Positions 1-16,272 of a stretch of DNA of 64,000 nt are shown here, in pieces. The position numbers were made by a program, and so were the translations under genes. This stretch comes from the human T2T-CHM13v2.0 reference genome, Homo sapiens. Location: the NCBI RefSeq assembly GCF_009914755.1, contig NC_060936.1. One strand, given 5' to 3'. Within the stretch, counting starts at the first letter, position 1; every line of letters starts with the position of its first letter. The notes under the pieces are model-generated. The model did not search any database, was not told the origin of the DNA, and was given only the letters and a program-made list of their open reading frames with translations.

Positions 1-142
1 AAATAAGTGGCAGGAGCCCTGGAATCTGCATTTAGGCAGAAATAGTAGCTGAATTGCAATACCATTCATTATTTTCACTTCACAGGCTAGTTTCTTTAAG
101 CTACTCTCTGATTTAAGATACTGTGAGTCTCACTTTAGGTTT

Positions 143-562
143 TGATATAGTTAAGTATTTGTCCCCTCCAAATCTCTTGTTGAAATGTGATTCCCAATGT
201 TGGAGATAAGGCTTGGTGTTAGGTGTTTTGGTCATGGTGGTGGATCCCTCATGAATGGCTTGGTGCTCTCCCCATGATAATGAGTGAATTGTCTCTGTGT
301 GAGTCTACACAAGAGCTAGTTGTTTTAAAGAGTCTGGCACCTCATTCCCTTCTCTCTCTTGTCCCCTCTCACCATGAGATATGCTGGCTTCCTTGTTGCC
401 TTCTGCCATGATTGTAAGCTTCCTGAGGCCTCACCAGAAGCCAAGCAGATGCTGGTGCCATGCCTGTACACCCTGTAGAACTGTGAGCCAAATAAACCTC
501 TTTTATTTGTATATTACCCGGCCTCAGGTATTCCTTTATGGCAATGCAAATGGATTAATATA
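143..562 (+). mobile_element. MaLR solo LTR, MSTB-like
   Basis: Begins TGATATAGTT...CCCTCCAAATCTC, contains CTGTGAGCCAAATAAACCTC, ends ATGGATTAATATA; flanks GGTTT/GATTT fit a 5-bp TSD with 1 mismatch. Confidence 0.85.
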
Positions 563-1789
563 GATTTCAACTAATAAAAACTTCCAGAAACCTCATAAAT
601 CTTCTGGGGAGATCAAGTGAAACTTGTCTGGAACAATTTGACTTTTGTATTTAATAAATGACTTACACACTGAGGACAATAATCTATTCCCTTCGATGAA
701 GAAACTCTAATAATTCCCCTTAAAAAAGTAAACTTACTTTACATAAGAGGTGATTAGAATGCCTTTAAAAACAGTAATGTGCTCTTTTTGTATACAAGTT
801 GAATGTTTCCTTGGAATTAGTAGAGCCTTTTAAACTTCAAATTAAATTAAGTGATTCAGGAAAGAGCTATGGTTTTATTGTAACTTTTGGAGAAGACTTG
901 TGTAAAACTTTATACATTGGCCTAGGGAGGAAAGAAGACATGCAAAGGAGGACCTCATACACCTGTTATTCTCAGAAGATACTGGATGGCATAATGGCTT
1001 GAGAGTCAAAATGATTCTATCCTCAGCAATACAAATGTAGATCACTTTAGAAGGCCAGATTGTCCAGTTTTGATATTGCTCTTTTGGGATGGCAGGAGAA
1101 TTGAAAAGTCTTGAATGTCATACATGGTGTTTTGAAATTTATGGTTTAATATTTACAGGATTCTCATATATCCCTATTTCTTCTTTCTGTTTATCAGCAT
1201 AAACATGTAATTGCTTCAATCAATATTATTTTGGATAATGTAATTATCTTAATTTTCTCTTTGCACTCAAAGAATGCATATTCTAAACATATTTCTCTCG
1301 TGAAGTACTATTTTCATGCACTTACTTAGTAGTTGTATTTAATGAAGTTTCTATTAATTCATTCTTGGCATGGTTTACTTCCTGACTGCCTGGAAATTGC
1401 TATTACTAAAGTTTTAGGTAAATGTTCTCTGAATGCATCTAATGTAAATTGAATATTAACAACTGATACTTTTGGCTTATATTAATTCTTTTTAATTGCC
1501 ATCAGAATTGAACTGGAATGTAGACGTTAGCTCATTCTAAGCCCAGTTTTGGGGGGCTTGGAAGAAAAATTCCATGTATCACATTTTAAATGTTTCTAGT
1601 TTTCCATGCAAAACTTTAAAATGCATGTTAAATAACTTTGCTAATTATTGTGAAAAACATGTCAGTTAACCAAACTATTAAATTTCAATTATAAATGAAG
1701 TAATCCTATCTCTGCCTCTATCAGTCATCTATCTTTCCACCTATTATCTAGTGCTTTTATAAAATGACTACAAAAATGGTGCTGTATAA

Positions 1790-2217
1790 TGCTGAAGCTA
1801 GGTCACACCTGGTGATGCAACTTCCAACAAGTTCACTGAAATAGTTGCATTTAGAGCCTTGGGCTGCCATATAAGAAGTCCAACTCCTCTAAGGTTCTAG
1901 GGAAGTCAAGACACGTGGAGTAGCCATGTGGAAATAATCCTGTCCACAGCTCCAGTTGGGCTCCCAACCAATAGCCAAGGTCTGCTTTCAGCCATATGAG
2001 TAACCCATCTTGGTCACTGACATCCAGTTGAGCCTTTGGACGATTTCAACCCCAACCAAAACTGGACTGTAATGACACAACAGAACCTGTACAAGAAACT
2101 TCCAAATGAGTCATTCTTAAATTTTTGACCCACAGAATCTATGAGCATAATAAAATAGGTATTGATACAAGGCACTGAGTTTGGGGTAGTTTGTTAGCAG
2201 TCGTTGTAATCAAACCA
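1790..2217 (+). mobile_element. Old MaLR LTR fragment (MLT1F/G/H-like)
   Basis: GCTGCCATATAAGAAGTCC, CCCACAGAATCTATGAGCATAATAAAA, CACTGAGTTTGGGGTAGTTTGTTA resemble the MLT1 3' half; diverged. Confidence 0.65.
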
Positions 2218-2979
2218 GTCTACATTTAACAAAGCAGAAACTAGAGAGGGAAAGCGCCAGATTTAGTACGCAGTGAAAGAAGGAAACTAACTTGATGAAT
2301 ATCAATACAGGCAATGATCAATTAATAAATGTGTATTTCAACATATATTTCTTAGAACATCTTTTTGAGTAGTCCTGTGCTAGACTGCACATGACCTAAT
2401 GCACCTAATAGTACTGAGTAATTACTAACAAATAATTACATTACAATCTACGATTCATTACTATGGGATTTCAGAGAAAGTTGGCATAAGTTGAGGTTAT
2501 TGGTGAAGTATAATTTAGGAAACAAAATTGAACAAAATTTTGAAAGATAGAATGTAGATAACTAGACAGGAGAAAGGGAGAACATTCCAGGTGGAAGACA
2601 TTATGAATAAGCATGTGGAGGGCTTTAAGCATTCCCGGCTTGATAGCAGTAAGGAATTCTCTGGCTGAAGTAGACCGTTAGATTCAGTGGGGAGTGACTG
2701 CGGATTATAGAGTAGAAGAGAAACTTGATGGTGATATTTTAGGGAGTTTTGGCTGTATGCAGAGGAAATTTGAAGTAAGATCCAGTCTTTTGGCACTTGT
2801 CTACCAATCTGAAACTTTGTCCTCTTTACACTTTTGCTTTCAACGAGTCCTAATCTGTATCTTCTATAAGCTTGGTTTAGACTTGCCTATTCTTTTTTCT
2901 TCAAAAGGTTTTGTTTGAGTTGTACCACCTTCAAACGCCTGAAAAAAAAATGTTCTATTGCTACTGTTGCTAGCTAGCT

Positions 2980-3195
2980 GATATAGTCAGGGTTGTCCAG
3001 AGAAACACAACCAATAAGATGTGTGTGTGTGTGCATATGTTAGAGAGAGAGATGTATTTTAAGCAATTTGCTGGAAAACACAAAATCTGCAAGATGGACC
3101 AGCAGGCTGGAGACTCAGGGAATCGCTGTTGCTGCAGTTCAAGTCCAAAGGCCGTCTGCTGGCAGAATTCCCTCTTGATTGAGTTGACCTTTTCT
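2980..3195 (-). mobile_element. MLT2 (ERV-L) LTR fragment
   Basis: AGTCAGGGTTGTCCAGAGAAACACAACCAATAAGA + (TG)n/(AG)n + GTCCAAAGGCCGTCTGCTGGCAGAATTC is the reverse complement of the MLT2 3' end. Confidence 0.8.
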
Positions 3196-3199
3196 TCTC

Positions 3200-3431
3200 C
3201 TCTGAAAGGAAATGCTGCCTTTGGAAGAGAAAGTGGCAAAGTCATGTGAATCCAGGTTGCACATATCTTCCTGATCATGCCATGTTTTCATGCTGTCACC
3301 AAACACTAAATTTGCAGGCACCTAGATCTTGGACTTCCTAGTCTCCAGAACTGTGATAAATAAATTCCTGTTGTTTAGAAGCACTCTCATCTATGGTATT
3401 TTGTTAAGAGCAGCCAGAATGGACTAAGACA
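3200..3431 (+). mobile_element. MaLR LTR 3' fragment (MLT1A/MSTD-like)
   Basis: CTTGGACTTCCTAGTCTCCAGAACTGTGATAAATAAATTCCTGTTG...GGACTAAGACA terminus. Confidence 0.75.
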
Positions 3432-3433
3432 GA

Positions 3434-4807
3434 TGATATGTTTGGCTCCGTGTCCCCACCCAAATCTCATGTGGAATTTTAATCCCCTCATGTCAGGGGA
3501 GGGACCTGGTGGGAGGTGATTGGATAACGGCGGTGGATTTCTCCCATGCTGATCTTGCGATAGTGAGTGAGTTCTCATGAGATCTCATGGTTTAAAAGTG
3601 TGGCACTTCCCCCCTTGTTCTCTCCTGCCACTGTGTCCAGAATTGGTTCCTTCTGGTGGGTTCTTGGTCTTGCTGACTTCAAGAATGAAGCTGCAGACCC
3701 TCGCGGTGAGTGTTACAGTTCTTAAAGATAGTGTGTCCAGAGTTTGTTCCTTCTAATGTTCAGATGTGTCTGGAGTTTCTTCCTTCTGGTGGGTTTGCAG
3801 TCTCGCTGACTTCAGGAGTGAAGCCGCAGACCTTTTCAGTGAGTGTTACAGCTCTTAAAGGTGGCACGTCCGGAGTTGTTCATTTCTCCCGGTGGGTTCG
3901 TGGTCTCGCTGACTTCAGGGGCGAAGCTGCAGACCTTTGCGGTGAGTGTTACAACTCTTAAAGGTGGCATGTCCAGAGTTGTTCATTCTTCCTAGTGGGT
4001 TTGCGGTCTTGCTGACTTCAGGGGTGAAGCTGCAGACCTTCGCGGTGAGTGTTATAGCTCTTAAAGGTGGCACGCCTGGAGTTGTTCATTCCTCCCGGTG
4101 GGTTTGCAGTCTCACTAGCTTCAGGAGTGAAGCTGCAGACCTTCACGGTGAATGTTACAGCTCATAAAGGCGGCACAGACCCAAAGAATGAGCAGCAGCA
4201 AGATTTATTGCAAACAGCAAAAGAACAAAGCTTCCACAGCATGGAAGGGGACCAAGTGGGTTGCTGCTACTAGCTCAGATGGCCTGCTTTTAGTCCCTTA
4301 TTTGGCACTGCCCACATCTTGCTGATTGGTCCATTTTACAGAGAGCTGATTGGTCCATTTTACAGAGTGCTGATTGGTTCATTTTGACAGAGTGCTGATT
4401 GGTGCATTTACAAAGCTTTAGCTAGACACAGAGCGCTGATTGGTGCAATTACAATCCTTTAGCTAGACAGAAAAGTTCTCCAAATCCCCACCCAATTATC
4501 CAGACACAGAGTGCTGATTGGTGCATTTACAAACCTTTAGCTAGACACAGAGTGCTGATTGGTGCATTTACAATCCCTTAGCTAGACAGAAAAGTTCTCC
4601 AAGTCCCCACCTGACCCAGAAGCCCAGCCAGCTTCACCTGTCAACACCATATAAGACATGCTTTGCTTCCCCTTTGCCTTCTGCCATGTTTGTAAGTTTC
4701 CTGAATCTTCCCCAGCCTTGTGGAACTGTGAGTCAGTTAAACCTCTTCTTTATAAATTACTCAGTCTTGGGTAGTTCTTTATGGCATTGTGAAAACAGAC
4801 TAATACA
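3434..4807 (+). mobile_element. THE1/MSTA-type solo LTR split by LTR12 (parts 3434-3631 and 4644-4807)
   Basis: TGATATGTTTGGCTCCGTGTCCCCACCCAAATCTC start, GACTAATACA end; TSD ACAGA/ACAGG. Confidence 0.88.
3632..4643 (-). mobile_element. LTR12 (ERV9) solo LTR
   Basis: Minus strand starts TGACAGGTGAAGCTGGCTGGGCTTCTGGG; repeated CCAAT units (CCAATCAGC); U5 repeats GAAGCTGCAGACCTTCGCGGTGAGTGTTAC; 4-bp TSD CCAC/ACAC. Confidence 0.92.
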
Positions 4808-4829
4808 ACAGGAAACAAGAGGACCTCTG

Positions 4830-5730
4830 TTTCAGCCTTATTTGCTGCTCATTCTGTCTATTCATAGGCAATTCTTTACAGTTTTTACTTATTTCTTCTG
4901 ATATTTATTTTCTTATTTCTAAAATGCTCATGCTACCATTTCTTGACTTTTTAGTTTTAGACATTACTTGTTGACTTTGAAGTAAGAAATATAAGAATTT
5001 AGGCCCTCTTCACCTCTTATCATTGCATAATTGTAAAACATGATTAGATTTTACATTATTAAGACTAAATATTAATCTGAGCTACACCACATAATGAAGT
5101 GACATGATATGATTACCTTTCCATTTTTGAACAGTTTATATTGTTATGCCCTGTTTTGGGAATTAATATTGATGATTTTTGGCATTCATTTAATTAACTG
5201 TGTACTTGCCACTATCATACATCCTTAATTTCTCTACCAGAAGTGTGTACCTGATGTTAAAACCCTCAGATAATGTTTAATTTAAAATATCCATAATCTG
5301 CTAATCTGTGATCAACTCCAATCTGTACTAGTTGTTTTCTAAAACTGCAATTCTCCTGACATCATGGTGCCTTACATCTCTGTCATCCTAGAAGTTCCTC
5401 TGCATATTGCATTTTCTCTTTTCTGGTACACTGGAGGTAAAATTTTTGAGATCTTGCATGCTAAAGATGTCTTAATTCTATCCTCAGACATAACTGATAG
5501 TTGGGTTAGATTCAGAAGTCTAGTTTGGATATCATTTTACTAAGAATTTTTGAAGGCATTGCTGCATTTTATCCAATATGTATTTTTCTCTTGTGTGGTA
5601 CTGTATTGATTTTCATTCCATCATGAGTGATTTTTGTTTGTTTGTTTATTTTTTCCTTCTCTGGAAACTTTTAAGATGTTATATTTGTTCCCAGTGTTTC
5701 ACAAAGTGAAATTTCACATTGAAGTGGCTT
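4830..5730 (-). mobile_element. Ancient L1M fragments (continuing at about 9195-10060)
   Basis: T-rich sequence with antisense L1M ORF1-like motifs (e.g. TTTGAAGGCATTGCTGCATT); heavily diverged. Confidence 0.5.
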
Positions 5731-5776
5731 TATATTGGAGGAAATAAAAATATTTTACCCCAAAACATATTTCTTT

Positions 5777-8672
<2,896 letters not shown>

Positions 8673-9480
8673 TAATTCTGCAAAGCTGTCTTGTGTCTCA
8701 GAGGATTGAATCTGCAGAGCATCTGCATCTATGCAGCCAGGCCTGCCTTGTCCAGATCTAGAAAAGGTTAACTGAGAGTCTGGCACTTTTAAGGTCTGAA
8801 AGAAACATTTACCATCTGTTCTCTGTCAGGGCTACTGCCTGTGGGGTTTAATTTATGTAACAAGACTGCCTTTTGCTAGCCAAGTCTCGTCTCCTTCTCA
8901 TAACCTGTCTCACCACTTAAACATGATTTACCACCATAACCCGTTTTTGGCCATGCTCTGAGCGTGCAGTGTGCAACCTTTCTATAACCTCGAGATGGTA
9001 TATAAGCTTATACTATAAGGTTATATTCTATAACCTCAAGATGCTATATAAACTTCTGTACCCCACTCTGTGGTTTTCCCCTATCTGCACATTGACACAT
9101 CTGAATGCATTTTCTCCAGTCAATCTTTTGTGAGGTGATTTTTCAGCAAACCTTCAGAGGGTGAAGGAAAGTTTTTCCGTGGCCTCTATAATGTGAATCT
9201 TTTAAGTTAATTTTGCAAGGTATTTGGACAATGTGGGGACTTTCAATACATGTTTTGAATAATTTCCGTGAAACAATTATTGTAAAACTTCATCGTAATG
9301 CATCCAGTCTCTTTTTCTTGACCCCTCATTATGTGATGTGTGTCAGATCTCATTGACAGATTCTCTAACTTTTTCATTTGTCTTTCCTATTTTTCAAATT
9401 TTGGTATTTGTTCTATTTTCTGGAAGATTTCTTCAATGTTATCTTTTAATTGTTCTATGAATTTTCCAATATGTTTGTCA

Positions 9481-9773
<293 letters not shown>

Positions 9774-11111
9774 AATATTTTTAAAGTCTAAGAATCCTGA
9801 GGGGTTTATTTCTATTTTTGTTTTTATTTCATGGATGACATACCTTCATTTATTTCTTAGAAAACTTTTTTTTCAAATTTTCTTCTGTGTTCAGCATTGT
9901 TTCTATTTCTCTCATATTCTTTTTTCCCCTTAAAGTATGTGTTTTGTTTTATCTCTATTTTTCATGTAAGAGGCTTTTCTCACATTTCTAGTAGTCTTAC
10001 AGTCATTTTAGATTTTCTTTTATATTTAAGAGACATCAAAAACAGCATTGGAAACTCTGTATGTGTCAGAGGAGTTTGTCCAAGGTGACCTTCATTATAG
10101 GGAAATCGGGTGAGGGCCTGGACAAGTCGTTGAGGACATCCAGTGACAGTCTCTCTAGGTCTTTCTTCCTGGGGATGTAACTCACTCTAGATGATTGCTT
10201 GAATCTTTTTGCAGTATATGTGCTTGGTTGGCACCTGGGTGTTTAGTAAAGGGACAGGAGATTGGGGGTCTTACACATGTAGCCATCACACTCAAGACTG
10301 AGGGTATTCAGTGAGATGCTGTATTCATAAATTATTTGGATAAGTCCCACCCCATCCACCATAACCAGGCCACGTCAATGTGGTTATAGTATTCATCTGA
10401 AACACAATTGGTGTAGAAAATCTAGTCACTTTAAATTGTAAACAGTCTCAATTCAGTAATTAAAAATGCAAATCCCCAGGCATTTGTAATAATTCAGGCT
10501 TCCAATCTTATTCAAAGGTAAAATTTCTCACTCTCTACCCAATCTGGAATCTCTTACAGGCTGGCATCTTCTGGTGGGAGAAGAAGGTACAGTCATCTCC
10601 TTTTTTTCTCAGGTAACTCCACTCCTACTTACTAGCTGCAATTACAGACTCTTCAAAACTCCCGAAGAAATAGAGGCAAGAGGAACAGGATAAGTTGTAG
10701 CTGACAAGAACTATTGTAAGATGGCTTTGTGCTCCTTGAGACTTGTTGTATTTAAAATGGACTTTTATCAGACATTTGCATATCACTGAGTTCTTCCACC
10801 AATTACTGGAGTTCTTTTATTTGCAGTTACTTTTATAAGGCCAATCATTCTCTTCTAGCAGTCATTCACTCCCTTATCCTTCAGAAGACTTTTCCAATGG
10901 TGAGGCCAGATTTTGCCTCTGCTTTTACTGGTGCTTTTGATTGTGCCATTTGAAGAGGCTGTAAGAGAGCACCTAACACAGGTCTCATGCCTTTTCTCTA
11001 GTGCAAGGTTCACAGCTGGCTCAAAAACAAAACATTGTTTACCTAAATTCTGGGAGTGCAGGCCAGTTCCCAAATAGCAGCAATTTTGTTTCATTCCTTT
11101 GCTAAAGCAAG

Positions 11112-12802
11112 GAGTCATGTACTTAATGACTTAATGACAGGGATGCATTTGGAGAAATGTGTCCTTAGGTGATTTCTTTGTTGTGCGAACATTGTAGAGT
11201 GTACTTACAGAAAGCTGGATAAGATAGCCTACTACACACCTAGGCTATATGGGATAGGATTTTGCTCCTGTACTATACTGAATACTATAGGCAAATGTAT
11301 TACACAATGGCAAATATTTGTGTATCTAATCAAATATTTGTGAGTGAGTGATGAGTGGATGTGAAGCTGTAGGACATTAATGTATTCTGCTATGGACTTT
11401 AAAAACATTGTACATGTAGTCTACACTAAATTAAAAAACATTTTTTCTTCAATAATACGTTAACCTTAGCTTACTGTAACTTTTTTACTTCATAAACTTT
11501 ATTAAAAAATTTTTTTGACTCTCGTAGTAACGCTTAGCTTAAAACACATTGTATAGCTGTACAAACATATTTTCTTTCTTTATAGTCTCGTTCTTAAGCT
11601 TTTCTTTCAATTTAAAACATTTTTTACTTTTTACTTTTTAAACTTTTTTGTTAAAAACTAAGACAAAGACATACACATTAGTTAGGCCAACACAGGGTCA
11701 GGATCAAGAATATCCCTGTCTTCCACCTCCACAGCTCCTCCCACTGGAAGGTCTTCAGGGGCAACAACACACACGGAGCTGTCATCTCCTCTGACAACAT
11801 GATCACAATGCTTTGTATGTCACTGATAGACCTGCCTGAGGCTGTTTACTGTTAACTTCTTTTTAATAAGTGGGAGGTATACACTCTAAATATCAATAAA
11901 CAGTATCATATAGTAAATACGTACACTAGTACCACAGTCATTCATTTTCATGATCAAGTATTATGTACTGTACATGAGTGTGTGTGCTATACTTTTATAT
12001 GACTGGCATCACAGTAGTTTCCTACAGCAGCATCACCACAAACACATGAGTAATGTGTTGTCCTACAATGTTATGACAGCTATGATGTTATTCCCAGACC
12101 AAACTGAGGGTTGGATGCTATTTCTCATGGCCCAATAATGAGATGCAGATGAACTTGGGAGGAAGAGAGTTTTTATTTCTGTAACCGGTTACAGGGAGAA
12201 GGCCTGGAAATTATCACCAGACCAACTCCAAATTACAAAGTTTTCCAGAGCTTATATACCTTCTAAGCTATATGTCTATGTTTAAGTGTGCCTTCATCTA
12301 AAGATATAAGTGATTAACTTCTTTTAATCTATAACTAAGGCCTGAGTCTTGAAGACCTTCCTCTGGAGCCTCTGTACATTTACTTAATCTAAGTGGGTCC
12401 AGGTGCTGGGGTGATTACACTTATCTTGTTTCCTGCTAAATCACAGAGTTTTGGGGAGTTCCTTCAGACTCCCAATAAACTTGTTTGTGCGGGCCTGGGG
12501 AGTTTCTTCAGATCCCCAATAAAACTTGTTTAATCATGCTTTGAGGTTCAGGAAAGGCCTAGGCAAAACTATTGGTGGGCTTTTGTTATATTCCAGCCTT
12601 TGTATAAGGGCACTGGATTTTCATATTTAACTTAACCACTCAGTACTGAAACAGTTGTTACAGAGGCCTGTGTTAATGAGACCTGGACTGCCACAATATC
12701 ACTAGGCAAGAGGAATTTTTCAGCTTTGTTATAATCTTGTGGGACCATTGTCATATACGTGGTCTGTCATTGATGAAAATATGATTATGAGGCACATGAC
12801 TG
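11112..12802 (+). mobile_element. Tigger3/MER7 DNA transposon split by an LTR
   Basis: TIR-like ends GAGTCATG.../...CATGACTG(TA); internal TAGCCTACTACACACCTAGGCTATATGG and GGAATTTTTCAGCT...GGGACC. Confidence 0.85.
12089..12695 (-). mobile_element. ERV solo LTR, probably LTR3 (HERV-K3/HML-6)
   Basis: Minus strand starts TGTGGCAGTCCAGGTCTCATTAACACAGGCCTC; TATATAA and AATAAA on minus; interrupts Tigger3; family name tentative. Confidence 0.7.
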
Positions 12803-12919
12803 TATTCAGACCTTCTTTGGCCTTACAGCTTTGCTAGATGGGAATCAAGTACCAGTGAACCTCCCTGCATCTCCTTGGCTGCTGGGGACAGTTATCTAGC
12901 TCTCCAAAAGGTCACATCT

Positions 12920-13220
12920 GGCCAGACATGGTGGCTCATACCTATAATCCTAGCACTTTGGAAACCTGAGGCAGAAGGATCACTTGAGCCCAGGAGTTCG
13001 AGACCAGCCTGGGCAACATAGCAAAACTTGGTCTCTACAAAACATAGGAAAATTAGCCAGGTGTGGTGGCATGTGCCTGTGGTCCCACCTACTTGAGAGG
13101 CTGACATGGGAGGATAGCTTAGCCCAGGAGCCTGAGGCTGTGGGGAGCTGTGATTGTACCACTGCACACCAGCCTGGGTAACAGAGTGAGCCCCTATCTC
13201 AAAACAAAAACAAAAACAAA
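12920..13220 (+). mobile_element. AluJ
   Basis: GGATCACTTGAGCCCAGGAGTTCGAGACC; (CAAAA)n tail; degenerate TSD AAAAGGTCACATCT/AACAGTCACACCA. Confidence 0.9.
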
Positions 13221-13711
13221 CAGTCACACCAGTGCCCTCTCCTCTTAGGTGTAAGGTAAGAATTGGATACTCCATACTCTTCCCCCTTGAGAAAAGTGGG
13301 AAATTGACTTAGAGTCTATCATGAAGCCTCTTTTAAAAAATCTTCAACTATTCTCTTCATACTCCAGCAACTCAACTCTTTCATATCCTTGGTAAGGGCA
13401 GGAGGTTTAGAGTCATGTATCCAGTTTCAGAGAATTTGTATGTTCTGTATATAGTTGAGAACTTCCTTTGGAGTACAACATCTGTAATATATTGATGCCT
13501 TAGTGAAAACTTGTCATTTAATTTTAAATGAACACAAACAGAACCTAATTTTATATAACTCAGATGACTTAATCCAATTGTAACTAATGCTTGGCCACAG
13601 ATTTGTTTCATTCCACTTATTGGTCATTTTGTGATTTGCTCCAATCTTATCTATCATAATGTTCAATCCAGTTTCGTATTCCTCATAGAGCAATAAGGCC
13701 TAATGAAAGCA

Positions 13712-13946
13712 GGCACTTACCCAGAGCTTACTATTTTCACACTGTTCTTCATACTTTATATGTGTTAATTCATTTAAATATTACAATAAATCTAGAAGGT
13801 AGGTACTGTTATTATTCCTGCCCTACAGGAAAGGAAATGGGGGCACAAGAAGGTTAAGTAATTTGTCAGTTTATACAACTAATAAATAGTGGTGTTGAGA
13901 TTTAAACCCAAGCAGCGTGACTTCAGAGACTGTGCTCTTGACCATT
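13712..13946 (-). mobile_element. MIR
   Basis: GTAGGTACTGTTATTATTCC...GGTTAAGTAATTTG...GATTTAAACCCAAGCAG MIR core. Confidence 0.75.
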
Positions 13947-14227
13947 TTTTTGTATTACATTTGGGCACATACAATTGAGGAACACTTGAAAGACCCACAG
14001 GAGGTAGCTCCTGCCTCAGTAAATTGAGAGCTGAAATATAATACTGAGATGTCAATACTATGATGGCCAAGATTTTGCTTGACAATTTTATTGCTTTGCT
14101 AGATGGGAGTCAAGGACCAGTAAAACTCCCTGCCTCTCCTTAGCTGCTGGGGTCAGTTACTTAACTCTCTAAAAGTCACACCTGGCCAGATGTGATGGCT
14201 CACATTAGTTAGACATAGTTACATCTA

Positions 14228-14588
<361 letters not shown>

Positions 14589-15040
14589 AAAAAGTCTTGC
14601 TTGGATTTTAGCTTTGAAGTTAGGTCATGTTTTGAATGTAGCATGATATTATCCTAAGATTGATTATGTTGTTGATTTGGACTAATGTCAAAAAGAAAAT
14701 GAAATAAAGCTAAGTTTCTTCAAAATGATAATAAAAGCAAGAAGATCAGTTCCAGAAATATTACCAGTGTTTAAAAGTAGGTAGAATTATACTGGCATAG
14801 AGATGTTTTATATTTTTATTGCTTATGTAATAAGAAATCAAAATTCAATACCACTTTCAGAGTTAGATTTATGTCTTGAAGATCTGGGTATTTACACTGG
14901 TCTATGAGGTTCCATATTTTTGCTGTTATTGCAATTTTAGCACTAGAGATTAATAAACATAGAGAAGTTGTAAAAATAATGGGTTCAACAGTTAGTAACT
15001 TTGTTAGGTAATGAGTTTTTGCTAAGCAAATTATGAAGTA

Positions 15041-15483
15041 TGGAAAAGAAAAATAGCTCAGAGCAGTTTGAGCTATGTGGGGTATCCAAAATTTATTAAT
15101 CCCAGAGAGAGATGAGTATGGGACTTCAGTCACACCCCTGCATCCATGCCAAGGGGCAATTGTTTAAGACATTATTTTTCTTTCTTTTCTTCCCTGTAGT
15201 TCCCTGACTAGCTACCTCACCCATTATCTTCACGTTCCTGGACTTTGTGATACAGAGAGCAGTGTATAGCCTATTAATAGATTATATTATTTTAATGTAA
15301 ATTATTGGTAAATGACAAGGGACCTGCCTCTCATTTTTTTCCTTTAAAACCCCACTTGTAACTGCTGCTAATTGGAGCACATATTCAGGGCTACTTGTGC
15401 TTCAGGTTGCAGTTCTTAAACTTGGTCCAAATAAACTCTCTACTTATATTAATTTTGCCTTTGATTTTTCCTTTAGGTCAACA
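15041..15483 (+). mobile_element. ERV1 MER4-group solo LTR (family not resolved)
   Basis: TG...CA ends, AATAAACTCTC near the 3' end, perfect 4-bp TSD AGTA. Confidence 0.75.
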
Positions 15484-15977
15484 AGTAGATGCAAAACAAA
15501 GGCATATCTTGATCAGCTTTTACATTTATCATATATAAAACATTAAAATAGAGAAAACTGCTAGCACAGAGCTGCAATTCATGTTGTTGGTCAAGCTGGG
15601 TACTGCATAGTGGTGTCACTTGCATTGACCATTCTGTGAATGGTGGTCCCTGGAGCTACATATTGTGGTGGCCGTGATAGTAAAAATCAACTGACTTTAG
15701 CCAAGTTCAACAATATTTTCTGAGAGGAAAGTTCATATGAGGAAAATGCAAGGACTTTTTCTGAGGCAAAGAGTTTAAACTTTATCCTAATGAGGCATGA
15801 ATTTTTGAGAATCCCACTATGGTGGTCACCTGAGCACCATTAAACCAAAATATCATGAATCTCTATTGCTTCTGGATTCAGTGGGTTGTCATTACAAGAG
15901 CTGGGAAGTTTCCCAAACAGTCTCTGTATAACAGGAGATAAATAGCCAACAAGTCTTAGAAACCTTGCCTACTTACC

Positions 15978-16272
15978 TGTAGCAGAAAAGAATATGTGAC
16001 CCCAAATTATGACTGTAGGAGACCAAAATATGCTAACCCCAAATATGCCTCTTTGGTGTAGGATTATTTTGAGTTGGTTATTTTGAGAAATTGCAGATAT
16101 AGGAGGAGCTCTGAAAACAGAATGGGGGTTATCCTTTTGTAAGGAAAATTAAAATCTGTAAAGGAAATTTCCGTTGGTAAGAGCATCTTCCTTTCAATAC
16201 CAGGAAGAGAAGAAGAACTCTAAATCACTAGAGACTCTTTGTGATGGAGAAGGCATTGACATCAATCTGCAT
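15978..16272 (+). mobile_element. MER34/MER39-like LTR 5' fragment
   Basis: AATATGCTAACCCCAAATATGCCTCTTTGG...GGATTATTTTGAG motif shared with the LTR at 42451-42997. Confidence 0.65.

Noticed and set aside
3655-4170. Regularly spaced repeats superficially like a CRISPR array
   Set aside because: Whole units repeat with no unique spacers; primate LTR12 context; no cas genes
10540-10625. Possible micro-exon (CTCTTACAG...AAG|GTACAG)
   Set aside because: Weak donor and no partner exons; cannot be supported from sequence
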